Program-made: the position numbers and the translations under genes
The notes under the pieces: model-generated
Told to the model about the DNA's origin: nothing
Databases searched by the model: none
Seen by the model: only the letters and a program-made list of their open reading frames with translations
Shown: positions 41,589 through 56,500 of the stretch, piece after piece
Position numbering within the stretch: position 1 is the first letter of the stretch
Layout of the letters: every line of letters begins with the position of its first letter
NCBI GenBank assembly: GCA_964016885.1
Contig: OZ024745.1
Location: 121,706,001 to 121,770,000, forward strand
Length of the DNA stretch: 64,000 bases
Direction: 5' to 3'
DNA from: Eledone cirrhosa
Lineage: Eukaryota

Positions 41589-44500
41589 TTTAAATACCAC
41601 AGTATTTAAAACTTTCTCTAACTACCTCTATCACCGTATCTATCCATTTCTCAGCTAGTAAGATGCCTACACCTCCTACCCCAGTGTCATTTCCTATCCA
41701 GTAGAGTTTATATCTAAGTTGCTTGTCTGTAATTAGTCTCAGTGAGGCACCCCTCCATCTCACTTCTTGTACACAGCATACATCTACTCCTTTTCTCTCT
41801 AACAGTTCCACAATTTCACCTGATTTACTTTTCAGGGTATCAACATTGAGGGTGGCAGTCCTATTATCATTGTTTTACGTCCATTTTTCCACACTAGCAT
41901 GGGTTAGATGAGTTGTCCTGTTGTGGGCAATGCTAGGTCAGGTGATCATGTCTTGCTCATCCATATGTGGTTGACAGTTGAGAGAAAGGAGTACTCAATA
42001 CCGAAGTAGAGTTTTAATATGCACGATGCTGCATGGTAGTGAGACATGGGCAGCAACTGCAGAGGATATGCGAAGGCTAGAGAGAAATGCACCTTTTTAT
42101 ACAGCTTTTATCCTTCATACGCATCACATGTCCATACCAGCACAATCTCCTCTCCTGCACACTGCTTCTGATTCCTCTTATACTTAGTTTCTCTCTTAGT
42201 ACGTTTATGCTTTGCTGTTCACGTATATTACTATTACACATCCTTCGGAGCATGCACGCTTCATTCCTTTCCAATCTACGCAAGTCTTCTGTACACAGCA
42301 CCCAGGACTCGCTACCATGCAACATTGCTGTTCATATGACAGTCTGCCTGTCATTTTGAGGGACAAGCCTTTTGTAGCTAGCAGTGGCAGTAACTCCCTG
42401 AACTTCTTCTATCCCGTTCTTACAAAAATACACATGCACAGACATACATTCCTACTAACACACCCACACAGACATACATTCATACTAACACACACACACA
42501 CAGACACACATAACATTCACACAATTATTACATACACAGCGTTCTATGTATGAGTATATAAATATAAATGTGCAAACACACATACTCACACCCACACATA
42601 CACTCACACACACATATATACTAATAAACACACACAGACATCATTTACACAAACACACACACAGCGTCCCCCCTCCCCTTCCTTCCTTTTTACACACACA
42701 TACATTCACACAGGCAGCAGACGTAAAAAGACAGGAGTAGTATGAGGTAGTCAAACTACTCCTCTCTCTTTATGTGTTGTGACAGAATCGTAGAAATTTA
42801 TATATAGATTTTCTTTTTATAAAATGTTGATTAAAAAGATACATCATTACACTATTATATGAAATTTGTAGTGAGACATTAACAAACTTTGTTTTTTCTA
42901 CAAATTTCATACTTGACCTAATATATTGCTTCTTTATATAAAAATTGTCAAGAAATAATCTTACTTTTATCATATTTATTATACTTGTTGGTTGCTAATA
43001 TTTCCTCGTATACTCTATCACCTTCTGATTTAACTGATTCAGAAAATTTGTCCAGTTCCATTTGGTAACATCTCTTCTGTTCTTTGAGATTCATGTATTT
43101 CTTCCATGCCAGAAAGCCACGGACCACTATTCAAAAGATAATTGTTAAAATATAAACAGTAAATGAAAGTAAGAAAGAAAGAGCAGTTAGACTGAATAAA
43201 ATAAGACTGCACAGGGCAGACATGGCCTCCATAAGTCATAGTAAAGGCAATCTAGGAGAGCAGTCACTGTGAATAAAATCTGATATAGATCAGTGAGGAC
43301 CCTTAAGTCTGGTCAAACAATCTCTCCGGTATTTGTGGCATGAAGAATGCACCAATTCCACACTGTCAAATGCTTGGGGATAGGAAAGGTATCCAGCCAG
43401 AAAATTCTTGCTCCAAACTATGGCAAAAGCAACATATAAGTTTCACACTAGGACTAACACTTATTATGTTAGACAGATGGTTATGAATGTTAAACAAGAT
43501 AGACAGGTGGTTATGAATGTTAAACAAGATAGACAGGTGGTTATGAATGTTAAACAAGATAGACAGGTGGTTATGAATGTTAAACAAGATAGACAGGTGG
43601 TTATGAATGTTAAACAAGATAGACAGATGGTTATGAATGTTAAACAAGATAGACAGATGGTTATGAATGTTAAACAAGATAGACAGGTGGTTATGAATGT
43701 TAAACAAGATAGACAGGTGGTTATGAATGTTAAACAAGATAGACAGATGGTTATGAATGTTAAACAAGATAGACAGATGGTTATGAATGTTAAACAAGAT
43801 AGACAGATGGTTATGAATGTTAAATCCTTCTCTGGATAAGAATACACTACTCAACATGAGTTAGATATGAGTGACATCAGAATAAGCACAAAGCAAAACA
43901 AGAAAGACAGGAAAATCTGAAGGACCTCTCTGTTAAATATCATCATCATCATCATCATCGTTTAACGTCCATCTTCCACGCTTGCATGGGTTTGGACGGG
44001 AGTTTTCCCACTTGAGGCAAGATTGGTTGTCCTGCTCGTATAGGACTGTCTGGCGGGTTTTCTACAGCTGGATGCTCTTCCTAACACCAACCACGTTTAC
44101 AGTGTGGACTGGGAGGTTTGTACCATGTTACCTACACGGCCACATTACAGCGTGGACTGTGTGTTTTTTTGTTGTGACACCTACACGACCTCATTTGTTT
44201 CGGACTGGATGTTGTGGTACCAACATAACTTCACATTGAAGGGGGTGGTGTGGATGGGGTGGGGGTAGTGGGACAGGGGTGTATTTTTGTTAGAGGTGCC
44301 TACTGACTGTAGGTTTCGCTTTGTACTTAGGCAAGGCGGGTCTTCTGTATTACTGTATAGCGCCAAAGATCTCGGTCCAGTGACATTGTCTTGGAGAGGT
44401 GTAAGTGTGCGAGGTCGGAATTTATCAAGTCGTCCCAGGTTTTTCTGGGTCTGCCTATTTTTTATACAGCTGTCGTCTTTCATGCGCATCACGTGACCGT

Positions 44501-47500
44501 ACCAACGTAGTCTTCTCTCGAGTAAACAACATCTGATCCCTCTTATTCCTAATTTCTCCCTTAGTTCGTTTATGCTTTGCCGTTCACGTATATTACTATT
44601 ACACATCCAGCGGAGCATGCAAGCTTCGTTCCTCTCCAGTCTGTGTATATCCTCTGCACACAATGCCCAGGTCTCACGGCCATGTAACATTGCTGTTCGT
44701 ATGCAGGCATCATACAGCCTGCCTTTCATTTTTAGAGAGAACCCTTTAGCGGTCAATAGTGGTATAAGCTCTCTGAACTTTTTCCATTCCATTCTGACTC
44801 TAGCTACTGTACTTTCAGAACACCCTCCCCCACTGCTGATTTTGTCACCCAGGTAACGGAAGGTGTCCACTATTTCTATAGAACCATCTGTGCAATGGAA
44901 TGAGCTAGTATTCTGTGGGCACTTGCTGCTACTTATTGCACCAGAGCCACATATAAAATCTATATTCTTAGTTAGCTTACCTGTGATCCCGCTACATCTT
45001 TTATGCACCCATACTTTGCATTTGGGACATAAAATGGAGTTTCTGCCTACTCCTTTCCTACACACTGAGCATGGCCATTTTCCAGATGGGACCGGTGCCC
45101 TATTTTCCTTCCTACAAACTAGAACTTTAGTCTTAGACAAGTTAACTTTAAGGCCTTTTGATTCTAGGCCATGCTTCCATGTTTGGAATTTCTTCTCTAG
45201 TTCAGCCATTGATTCAGCTATGAGCGTTAGATCATCTGCATATAGGAGTTCCCATGGGCAGCCGGTCTTGAACTCATCTGTTATAGCCAGAAGGGCAATA
45301 ATAAATAGTAAGGGGCTAAGAACGGAGCCCTGATGAACACCAACTTTTACACTAAACTCTTCACTATATTCGTTGTTAATTCTAACCTTGCTGACTGTTT
45401 CTTTATACATGGCTTGTATAGCTCTCACAAGCTATTCATCAACCCCTAGTTTTCTAAGAGCCCACCAGATAATGGAGCGGGGGACTCTGTCAAAGGCTTT
45501 CTCCAAGTCAACAAAAGCTACAAACTAGAAACTAGAACTTTAGTCTTCCAAACATGGAAGCATGGCCTAGAATCAAAAGGCCTTAAAGTTAACTTGTCTA
45601 AATATATGTTCCAAAAAGCCTTACGTGATGTATATGATGAAAGGATAGATGAACGAGATACATATGACACAGAGGGCAATTGGAAGTTCCTATGTGACAA
45701 CCTTTTATAGGCTATTGACAAAACTTGCAGCTGGAGTAAAGTATTGTTCAAATGGAGGGTCACTTGCTGGTGAAACAGCACAGTGGATAGAGCCATTAAG
45801 TCCAAGAGATGTGTGGAAACTTTGGTAAAATGGGGGTAGCTAAAAGAGAAACTAGATGACAGGTATATATAGCATACAAAGACACTAAAAGCAGGAGGTC
45901 TGCCAATGGCCTGTGATATGAGGGTCATAAACATGAGGTGTCTCACATAGCAAAGCAGTATGCCATTGTGAATCAGGATGCTGGGGAAAAAATATGTTCG
46001 AAATGACACTCATGCATTTGACATCACTAATGCTCATAAGAAAGAGGCCTGGAAATGTTAGTATGAGAAGTTGATAAATGTGGAGAATAAGTGGGAGGGA
46101 GGCCAGCAATTGAAACTGAGTCTTATAGGGTCAAGGAAACAATGAAGGAGCTGAAAAGTGGTAAAGCTGCTGGACTATCAGAGATAGTTGCTAAGATGCT
46201 GAAGTAGGAGTTGAACTAGTAAGCTGGAAAGTGAATCAGGTAATACAGGATGGACTCATATCTAATGATTGGTATAGCAGTATACTCATCAATTGTTAAA
46301 AAGAAAAAGGTAAGACTTTAGAAAGAAGCAACTGCAAATGAATAAAATGAATGGACCAAGTTATGGAAGTGACAGAGAGTTCTAGCACAACTAATCACGG
46401 AAGGAGTCATACTAGATGAAATGCAGTTTGGTTTTTTGACAAGGAGTAGTACTAAAGATGCCTTCTTAGACAACTACAAGAGAAGTTACTAGCTAAATAA
46501 TTTAAGCCTCCATATCTAGCATTTGTTGATCTAGAGAAGTCCTTTGACAGAGTACGACAATATGCCATCTGGTGGTCTTTAAAAATCTAGATGTAAAAGA
46601 ATGGCTTGTGAGAGTAGTGCAAGTCATATTTGGATGAGTTGTAAGTAAAGTGAGAATAAGAAATAAGTTTAGTGAGGAAGTACAGATAGCATCAATGATG
46701 GAAAGAGCAATGAGAACATAGTTTCCTTGGTTCAATCTCACAAGTGGTTCCTTTTTGTTATGTAATGTTTTTGTATTAGAATTCTGAAACTGTTGGACAT
46801 TAATCCATTGATAAGTTACCTCGTTGCATGTGGATTGCAGCTGCAATTACAATACTCATTTTATCATCTAGCTGTTTAATATGTGAATATTTGAGAAACA
46901 CTCGAGTTTTCCTGCAAATATAATATAGAACAATTGAGATGTTAAGATTCTGCTTATATATTCAATATTTTACATTCATTTCAAAGAATTTAATCTCAGA
47001 ATTCTTACCATTGATATTAACAAGTTTCCTTATCATTGTTGCTATTTTCATCATCATCATTGTATATATTGTATTAACAACCCTGTTGGTGTACATGATG
47101 ATCAAACACCTTCTCAATATGATCATAAATAAATAATATAATATATATCATCATCATCATCGTTCAGTGTCTATTTTCTATGCTAGCATGGATTAGACAG
47201 GTTGTCCCATTTGAAGCAAGTCAGGTTTGGTGACCGTGCCTTACTCATACAGAACTGTTTCTAGCTTGGTTGCTATGGCTGGATAGCCTTCCTAACGCCA
47301 ACCACTTTAACAGTGTAGACTGGGCACTTTTTGTCATGACACCTACATGACCACTTTACAGTGTGGACTGGAGATTGGGGTGAGGTGGGGGTAAGGAGGT
47401 GTATGAAAATGGGGGGAGTAGGGGTTAAGGGGTACATACTAGATGTATGCTTCAATCTGTGTGTATTGGAAGGAGAGTCTTCTGTATTACTGCATAATGC

Positions 47501-50500
47501 CAAAGATCTAAATCCTGTGTCATCGTGTTTGAAAGGTGCAATTGCGCAAGGTCAGCTTTTATCACCTCACCTCAGGTGTTCCTACTCCATAGCTTCCATC
47601 AATTTTGATTGCCCTGGACCTTTTTATACAGCTGTCATCCTTCATATGCATCACATGACCATACCAATACAATCTCCTCTCTTCATTCTTTGCTATCCTG
47701 CCTGTGATCCCAATACATCTCTTGTATATCCATAGCTTGCATTTGGAGCATAGGATGGAATTTCCACCTACTCCTTTCCAGTACACTGAGCAAGGCCATT
47801 TCCCTGAGGGAATCTGGGCCCTGTTTTCCTTTCTACGTACTAGGACTTTAGTCTTTGACAAATTAACTTTAAGAACGTTTGATTCTAGGCCATGCTTCCA
47901 GATTTTGAATTTCTTCTCTAATATAGTTTCAGCTATAAGATTAGATCATCTGCATACAGAAGTTCCCATGGGCAGCCTGTCTTAAACTCTTCTGTTAGAG
48001 CCTGCAGAACGATAATAAACAGGAGAGGGCTAAGGATGGAGTCCTGCTGGGCACCTACCTGCATGATAAATTCTTCACTATAGCCATTGTTAATTATAAC
48101 CTTGCTGACTGTTCTTCTGTACATGGCTTGTCTTCACAAGCCACTCATCTACTCCTACTCATCTTTAGCTAGGTACTTCTGCAGTTGCCTGATAAGGAAG
48201 AGAGCATCCATGGTACTTTTATCTAGTACAAATCCGAACTGCATTTCATCTAGGTTAACCTGGTCTCTAATCACCTGTGTGATAACTCTTTCTGGGACCT
48301 TCATGACATGGTCAACCAACTTGATGACTCTATAGTTTTCCATCTAGAGCATCTCCTTTGCCCTTGTAGCAGTTGACGATGATGGTACTGTTTTGTATTA
48401 CTGGTTTACAATGTGGATGAATATGGTGTGACCCATCATTCCTGATGCTTTCAGCATCTCAGCAACTATCTCTGAGGGTCCAGCAGCCCTGCCTGTCTTC
48501 ATATTCTTGATTGCCTTACTTACTATACCTCTAACTTGCACAGCCAGTCCCACTATAAGATCAACTTCAGGTGAGCTATCTTCTTCCCGTACATTCTCCT
48601 CATTTAGTAGTCTTTCATAGTGACACTTCCATGCTACCTTCTTTTCAGCATCAGTGAGGGTGAGTGCCCCATTATCATCATAGACACACCTCTCCCCAAT
48701 GACATCACAATTTTCCCTGACACAATGCTTCACGATCCTGAACACCTCGTGGTTAACCTTTCGGTTATATTGGAAGGTGCATTCTTCACCAGGGAGGGAC
48801 TTTCTATTTACAACTGTCACTGTCTCGTCTTCTGGTAAGGATAAAATCTATGTCTGTTATGCTCCCCTGATCTATAGGTGATCAAATGATTGTCTTGGTT
48901 TTTAAAAAATTCTTTTAGCAAAGATCAAAGTGTAGTATATATACTTTATAACTCTTTTAGCTCTTCCAGCCCATATGATGTGGTCATACATAGGACCACC
49001 ATATATATGTATATATAATTAAAATCTCAGCACATGCGACAAGGATGGACAACAGAATATACATGGATATATCCCTTATTTGTCAGCTAACTACTAAGGA
49101 GCACTATGATTTCTGTCTTTATATAAAATTAACAAATAAAATTACACAAACAAATAAATATGTTCAAAGCTAATATTTACCCTATCTGGACACCCTCTAC
49201 TTTACATTCTTTCAATATTTTAAAGCAGCCTTCTTTAGTGCTTTCTGTAGACAAATCAGAAACCAATATACTGTATCTGGCAAAAAGAAAACAAATATTC
49301 AACAGTTAGATAAATGAATAGTACAACAAATTACAATAAAAATCATTTTCACCCTTTAGCATTTAAACCAGTTTTATCTGAACAGAATTCTCTCACCTCT
49401 TTCTGTTTAAACTAGCTGTAATTGGCCACTCATAATTATATTAAGGTATTGTTCTCAAAATAAATAATATCAAAATTTTATGTGAGACCATCATTCCTTT
49501 ACCACAAAAATACAATAGTATATATGGAGTAATATGAATTCTAAAGGGTTAAGGTCATCTTACCTACATATCCTATGACAAGCTTTTCTATTTTCCCCAT
49601 CATTTGCATCTTTTCTCATCAACCTTCTCATTTCTTCTTTTTAACCACACCTTTCTTTGTATTCCTCTTCCTCTATTTTCTTCCATACTCACCCAGTCAC
49701 TGTCATCCTTCCTCAACACATGACCCAACCATCTCATTCCATTTCTCTTCACAACATTCACTCTTGGTTCTATTGTCATCATCTTCTGCAATTCATTATT
49801 TGTCTTCCTCTCTCTCTCAGCAATACTCCACTTATCCACTGGACCATTCTCATTTCCATCCTTCTCTGCTGTTCTATGTTCATCTCCTATGTCTCACTCC
49901 CATAAATTGTGTCCCTTTTCTCACATGCAGCATATACCTTTTCCCTTCTATTTTAACAACGTTCTCCCTTATTTTGCATGACATTTAGTTCCTGGATTAA
50001 ACAAAAATTACTTGATGCAATAAACTGAATGGAAATCAATATACAGTTGTCCCCCGGTACTCGCGAGGGATTACGTTCCTAGAGCACCAGCGAAGAGTGA
50101 AAAACTGCGAATATTGTACGTGGTCCATAAATAGGCCTAGAAACGTCGAAACGTAACGTAAAATATAGGCCGGCAAATACAGTATATTGTTATTAATAAT
50201 TTAGCATTAAAATATATATATTGCCACGAAAAATCCCATTAAAAAAATCACGGAAGATATTTACAATTCCAAGAATATGCGGTGGTTTCCACAAACAATT
50301 ATTACTTAGGTTCTAAGGAAATTTCCGTGAATGCCGGAGGTACCCTGTATTAGCTTGACTAAAACTGGTGGTAAAAGGTTAAATCTAATTAAAGTGTTAA
50401 TTAATACTACTTGGCCCCCTACATTAAATATGTTTATATTGACTTTACAATATTTTTATGCAGAGGGCATCCTTGTTTATTTCTTTATATTAGTTACAGT

Positions 50501-53500
50501 CTTAATTGTTAATAGAAAGAACTTGGTTATGATGCAGGTATGGCCTTATGGTTTAGAAATTACCTGCACATGGGCCCCCATTTGCTCATAATAGTGAGAA
50601 ATGGGGAGGAGTTGGAGTTCGGTTCCTAGCACTGGTTGTACAAATATATTCTAATTGACTACTTATCACACTAAAGTAAGGTAGTCAAAACACTCGCTGG
50701 CAAAGAGTGGAACAACCACAGTATAAATAATAATTTCTACTTTAGATACAAGGCCAGTAATTTGGGTAAAGAGGAAAGTCAATTGAATCAACTCCAGTAC
50801 TTGACTGGTACTTTATTTTATCTATTCCAAAAGGCAAAATTGACCGTGGCAGGATTTGAACTTGGAATGTAAAGAGCTGGAACTAACTACAGTATAAATA
50901 ATACAATTCTATTACAATTTAATAAAAGTATAACAATGAACAATTTCCTTACCTGCCGACAAACTCCGCAAAACTTGGTCGCACAGCAAAACCCTCCCGA
51001 CGGATTTTAGTAGTTTCCAAAACTCCTGTGTATTGAAGCTAAGGTGCAAGAAATAGATATATATAAAAGATATTGTTAGGACATGTATTTAAATTGAATT
51101 CTTTTTAATGTTTTACACATACTTGAGGTAAATGTGGTTAGCACCTTTCAAACAAGACTAATAATACTCTCATTGCTATACAAATCACCATGTCAACAAC
51201 AACAACACAACACATCATCATCATCACTGTTTTATGTCCACACTAGCATGGGTTAGACGAGTTGTACTGTTGTGGGCAAAGCCAGGTCAGGTGACCATGT
51301 CTTGCTCATACAGAACTGATTTTGGCTTGGTTTTTACAGCTGGATGTCCTTCCTAACGCCAACCCCATTTACAGTGCGGACTAGGTGCTTTTTGTCATGA
51401 CACCTACATGACCTCTTTACAGTGGGAGTGGGTGGGGGCATAATGTATATATGCTTCAGCTTTGGCCTGTCGGGTCTTCAGTATTACTGTACAATTGGGC
51501 AGGTCAGCTTTTATCACCTCATCCCAGGTTTTCTTGGGTTTCCCTAGAACTTAAAATTTTTTACTTCAAATGACTTCAAATTTACTTCAATTACTTCAAA
51601 TTTTTACTCTCATTATCATCACTTTCTCTGCTAACAAGGGTTGGACAGGTCACCATGGACTAAGTCAGTACTTAATCGGAGGTCTTGACCTCTGAAAAAG
51701 GCCAAGGGATGCACACTTGCTTATATACATTCCTTCACTTTATAGAGTGCACCAGGTGCATTTTATCATGACACTAGCACTAAGGAGGTTGTTATGTCTT
51801 TGACATAAGCAAAAATACTTCATTTGTTTTGCAGGTTTTCTGTGGCTAATGCCTTTCTATCACCAACCATTTTACAGACTGGTGTGTTTTATTATGTCAC
51901 ACAACTGAACAGTCCTCACAACCCTTTTTGGCCGGAAGAATAATTTGTCAACTCCTCTCTCAGTACTCTTTAAATAGCAAATGTTTTTATTTTGTGAGTT
52001 TAACCTGTTGACTGTCACATATATTTTATGCAGACAGGTTTTTTCCAGTAAAATGGCTATTTTTTTAAACAAACATTTATTAACAACACATATCTGAATG
52101 ATTGACGAATGTCACATCAATAAACTAGTAATCCCAACTAGCTTTGAAGTTATGAACTGTTGGAAAAGAGTTCAAAGATTAGGACCAGTTATCTCGTCCA
52201 TGACAAGAGGTTAACATTTTTTAAATCAGTGAAGTAACACAAGTCAATAAAACCTTATTAAATGTTAAAGTTTACTTTACCTGTGATCGAATGTATTTCT
52301 CATCAAAGATATTTGGTTTTTTCTCATGATTTGGCTTGAGGCAACGAATGAAAATTGGAACAGAAACACTCATCTTTTCCATCAAAACAATCAAAGAATT
52401 CTGAAAAATATAAAACAAGATTATATAGCAATAGATTAAGAACTCTCATTAACAGCAGATGTCAGTTGAATGAAGCCAATTGGCTATTGTTATTATAACA
52501 GTCTGCAGTGGATTGGCAGTATCGGTAGAGAGTCGGACACCATGCTTTGCAGCAGAGTTACAGTCCTTTACGATCTGAGTTCAAATCCTGCAGAGGTCAA
52601 CTTTGCCTTTCATCCTTACGGGGTCGATAAAATAAAGCTCCAATAACGTACTGGGGTCAATTTAATCGACTTTCCCCTCCTGCAAAATTGCTGGCCTTGT
52701 GCCTATACCAGAAATCGTTATTATAACAGTCTGCACACATTACCATCCCTCCGATCCAATAACTGTACAGAATTCTGCTTGTCCTCCCAATCACATTCCA
52801 TATCTTTTCTTTTGAAAAATGGGTGATAACCTCGAAATATCATGAAACATAAGTTAAATGTAAATTGTTGGTTTGTTTTGTTTATCTTACTTTAATCTAG
52901 TTTTCACTCATTTCACTCACATTTGCAGTGTGTTGGCTTTCCCCAAACAACCCTAACCAAAAATATTTAAATTTATGACAACAGTATAAAAGTCATGTGA
53001 AATAAGTGAAGCCTAACTTTTGGTTTAGTCATCATCCTGGCAGGTGAATTCAATGGACATGTGGGACAGTACCAAGATGGATTCAGTGGAGTTCATGGCA
53101 GCTATGGTTATAGCTCAAGAAATGAAAAGGGATTAAGGGTCCTGGAATTCTGTGCTGCAAATGAACTAACTATTTGCAACAGAAATTTCAGGAAACCAGC
53201 TAGCCATCTGATCGTATATCAATCAGGTGAACACACAAGCCAAATTGATTACTTACTTGTAAGACAACAAGATAAACAGACTAATAAATACTAATGCACC
53301 ACCCAACACAAGTTAGTTATTAGTGAGATCAAAATAAACACAAGACAGTTACGCAGGAAAATATGGAGACAGGGGGTTTGGAAGCTAAAGAACCTACAGA
53401 ATGCATTTGATGAAAGGGGTGATGAGCTAGATACATATAATGTAGAAGACAACTGGAAATTCCTTTGTGACAACTTTTTGTGAACTATTGATGAGACTTG

Positions 53501-56500
53501 TGGCTGTAGTAAAGCCCTAGCCAGACAGAGAGTAACCTGGTGGAGAAACATCACAGTAGATAGAACCATTAAAGTTAAGAGACAGGCATGGAAAGACTGG
53601 AAAAATGGGGGTAGCAGAAACCGGTACCAGGTGGCTAAGAGAGAAGCTAGTTGACAGATATACACAGCTTGGAGAAAGGAAGAAAAAGAAAGTTTGCCAA
53701 TGTCCTGAGACATGAGGATCAGAGATGTGAAGTGTTTCACATTGCAAGGTAGTGTGTTAGAAATGACACTGGTGTATTTAACACCACTGATGCTCAAAAG
53801 AAAGAGGCCTGGAAATGTTACTATGAGAGATTGATGAATGCAGAGAATGAATGGGAGGAAGAGAAACTACCCTCAACTTACCCAACAGAAGGACCAACTA
53901 TTGAAGTTGGCAGTTATAGGGTCAAAGAAGTAATTAAAGAGATGAAGAATGGTAAAGCCATAGGACCATCAGAGATAGTTGCTGAGATGCTAAAAACATC
54001 ATAAGTAGGAGTTGAACTAGTAACCTGCATAGTCAATCAGGTAATACAGGACAGAGTGAAACTCAATGACTGGCACAGCAGTACAATCATAAATTGCTAC
54101 AAGGTTAAAGATGATATGACAGAAAGAATTATAGCACAACTAATTAGGGAAATCAATTCAAGAGGAGTATCCCATATTATGTAAAAGAGTTTTAGCAATT
54201 TTATTACAATGTTCAACTTCTTATATATGTGAACTAGGCTTCTCAACATTAAACATCAAAAACAAGAAGCATGAGAGATTACGTACAACGGAAGAAGAAA
54301 TGAGGGTGTGTCTGTCTCATATTCGACCAAACATTGAGGAAATTATGAATAAAAGCCAGGCACAAATTTCTCACTAAAGAAGCCAGCTATTTGACTGATG
54401 AAATTCGAAACACTGCAATAAAGTAAGTTCATAGCTGTGTTTTTCTTTATTTAGTTTAAGTCATTCTATGTCTATGACTTGTCTGTGTCTACAGTTGTAT
54501 GCTGTCTATGACTAGTCTGTGTCTACAGCTGTATGCTGTCTATGACTAGTCTGTGTCTACAGTTGTATGCCGTCTATGACTAGTCTGTGTCTACAGCTGT
54601 ATGCCGTCTATGACTAGCCTGTGTCTACAGTTGTATGCCGTCTATGACTAGTCTGTGTCTACAGTTGTATACCGTCTATGACTAGTCTGTGTCTACAGTT
54701 GTATGCCATCTATGACTAGCCTGTGTCTACAGTTGTATGCCATCTATGACTAGTCAATGTCTACAGCTGTATGCCATCTATGACTAGTCTGTGTCTACAG
54801 TTGTATGCCGTCTATGACTAGTCTGTGTCTACAGTTGTATACCATCTATGACTAGTCTGTGTCTACAGTTGTATGCCGTCTATGACTAGTCTGTGTCTAC
54901 AGTTGTATGCCGTCTATGACTAGTCTGTGTCTACAGTTGTATGCCATCTATGACTAGCCTGTGTCTACAGTTGTATGCCGTCTATGACTAGTCTGTGTCT
55001 CCAGCTGTATGCTGTCTATGGCTAGTCTGTGTCTACAGTTGTATGCTGTCTATGACTAGTCTGTGTCTACAGTTGTATGCCATCTATGACTAGTCTGTGT
55101 CTACAGCTGTATGCTGTCTATGACTAGTCTGTGTCTACAGTTGTATGCCATCTATGACTAGTCTGTGTCTCCAGCTGTATGCCATCTATGACTAGTCTGT
55201 GTCTACAGTTGTATGCCGTCTATGACTAGCCTGTGTCTACAGTTGTATACCGTATATGACTAGTCTGTGTCTACAGTTGTATGCTGTCTATGACTAGTCT
55301 GTGTCTCCAGCTGTATGCCATCTATGACTAGTCTGTGTCTACAGTTGTATGCCGTCTATGACTAGTCTGTGTCTCCAGCTGTATGCCATCTATGACTAGT
55401 CTGTGTCTACAGTTGTATGCCGTCTATGACTAGTCTGTGTCTCCAGCTGTATGCCATCTATGACTAGTCTGTGTCTACAGTTGTATGCCATCTATGACTA
55501 GTCTGTGTCTACAGTTGTATGCCGTCTATGACTAGTCTGTGTCTACAGTTGTATGCCGTCTATGACTAGTCTGTGTCTACAGTTGTATACCGTCTATGAC
55601 TAGTCTGTGTCTACAGTTGTATGCCGTCTATGACTAGTCTGTGTCTATGGTTGTATGCCATCTATGACTAGTCTGTGTCTACAGTTGTATGCCGTCTATG
55701 ACTAGTCTGTGTCTCCAGTTGTATGCCATCTATGACTAGCCTGTGTCTACAGTTGTATGCCGTCTATGACTAGTCTGTGTCTCCAGCTGTATGCCATCTA
55801 TGACTAGTCTGTGTCTACAGTTGTATGCCATCTATGACTAGTCTGTGTCTCCAGCTGTATGCCATCTATGACTAGTCTGTGTCTCCAGCTGTATGCCATC
55901 TATGACTAGTCTGTGTCTCCAGCTGTATGCCATCTATGACTAGTCTGTGTCTCCAGCTGTATGCCATCTATGACTAGTCTGTGTCTACAGTTGTATGCCA
56001 TCTATGACTAGTCTGTGTCTCCAGCTGTATGCCATCTATGACTAGTCTGTGTCTACAGTTGTATGCTGTCTATGACTAGTCTGTGTCTCCAGCTGTATGC
56101 CATCTATGACTAGTCTGTGTCTACAGTTGTATGCTGTCTATGACTAGTCTGTGTCTACAGTTGTATGCCATCTATGACTAGTCTGTGTCTCCAGCTGTAT
56201 GCTGTCTATGACTAGTCTGTGTCTACAGTTGTATGCCATCTATGACTAGTCTGTGTCTACAGTTGTATGCCATCTATGACTAGTCTGTGTCTACAGTTGT
56301 ATGCCATCTATGACTAGTCTGTGTCTACAGTTGTATGCCGTCTATGACTAGCCTGTGTCTACAGTTGTATGCTGTCTATGACTAGTCTGTGTCTATAGTT
56401 GTATGCCATCTATGACTAGTCTGTGTCTCCAGCTGTATGCCATCTATGACTAGTCTGTGTCTACAGTTGTATGCCATCTATGACTAGTCTGTGTCTACAG

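Noticed and set aside
43366-43857. Repetitive ORFs on both strands (NIHNHLSILF / MNVKQDRQV)
   Set aside because: By-product of a 30-bp minisatellite in an intron.
48970-49010. Hairpin GTGGTC...GACCAC followed by (TA)n, as a possible hammerhead relic
   Set aside because: Neither CUGANGA nor GAAA is present.
54395-54445. CTGATGAAATTCGAAAC hammerhead-like core
   Set aside because: Essentially no stem II, and no convincing stem I adjacent to a cleavage triplet.
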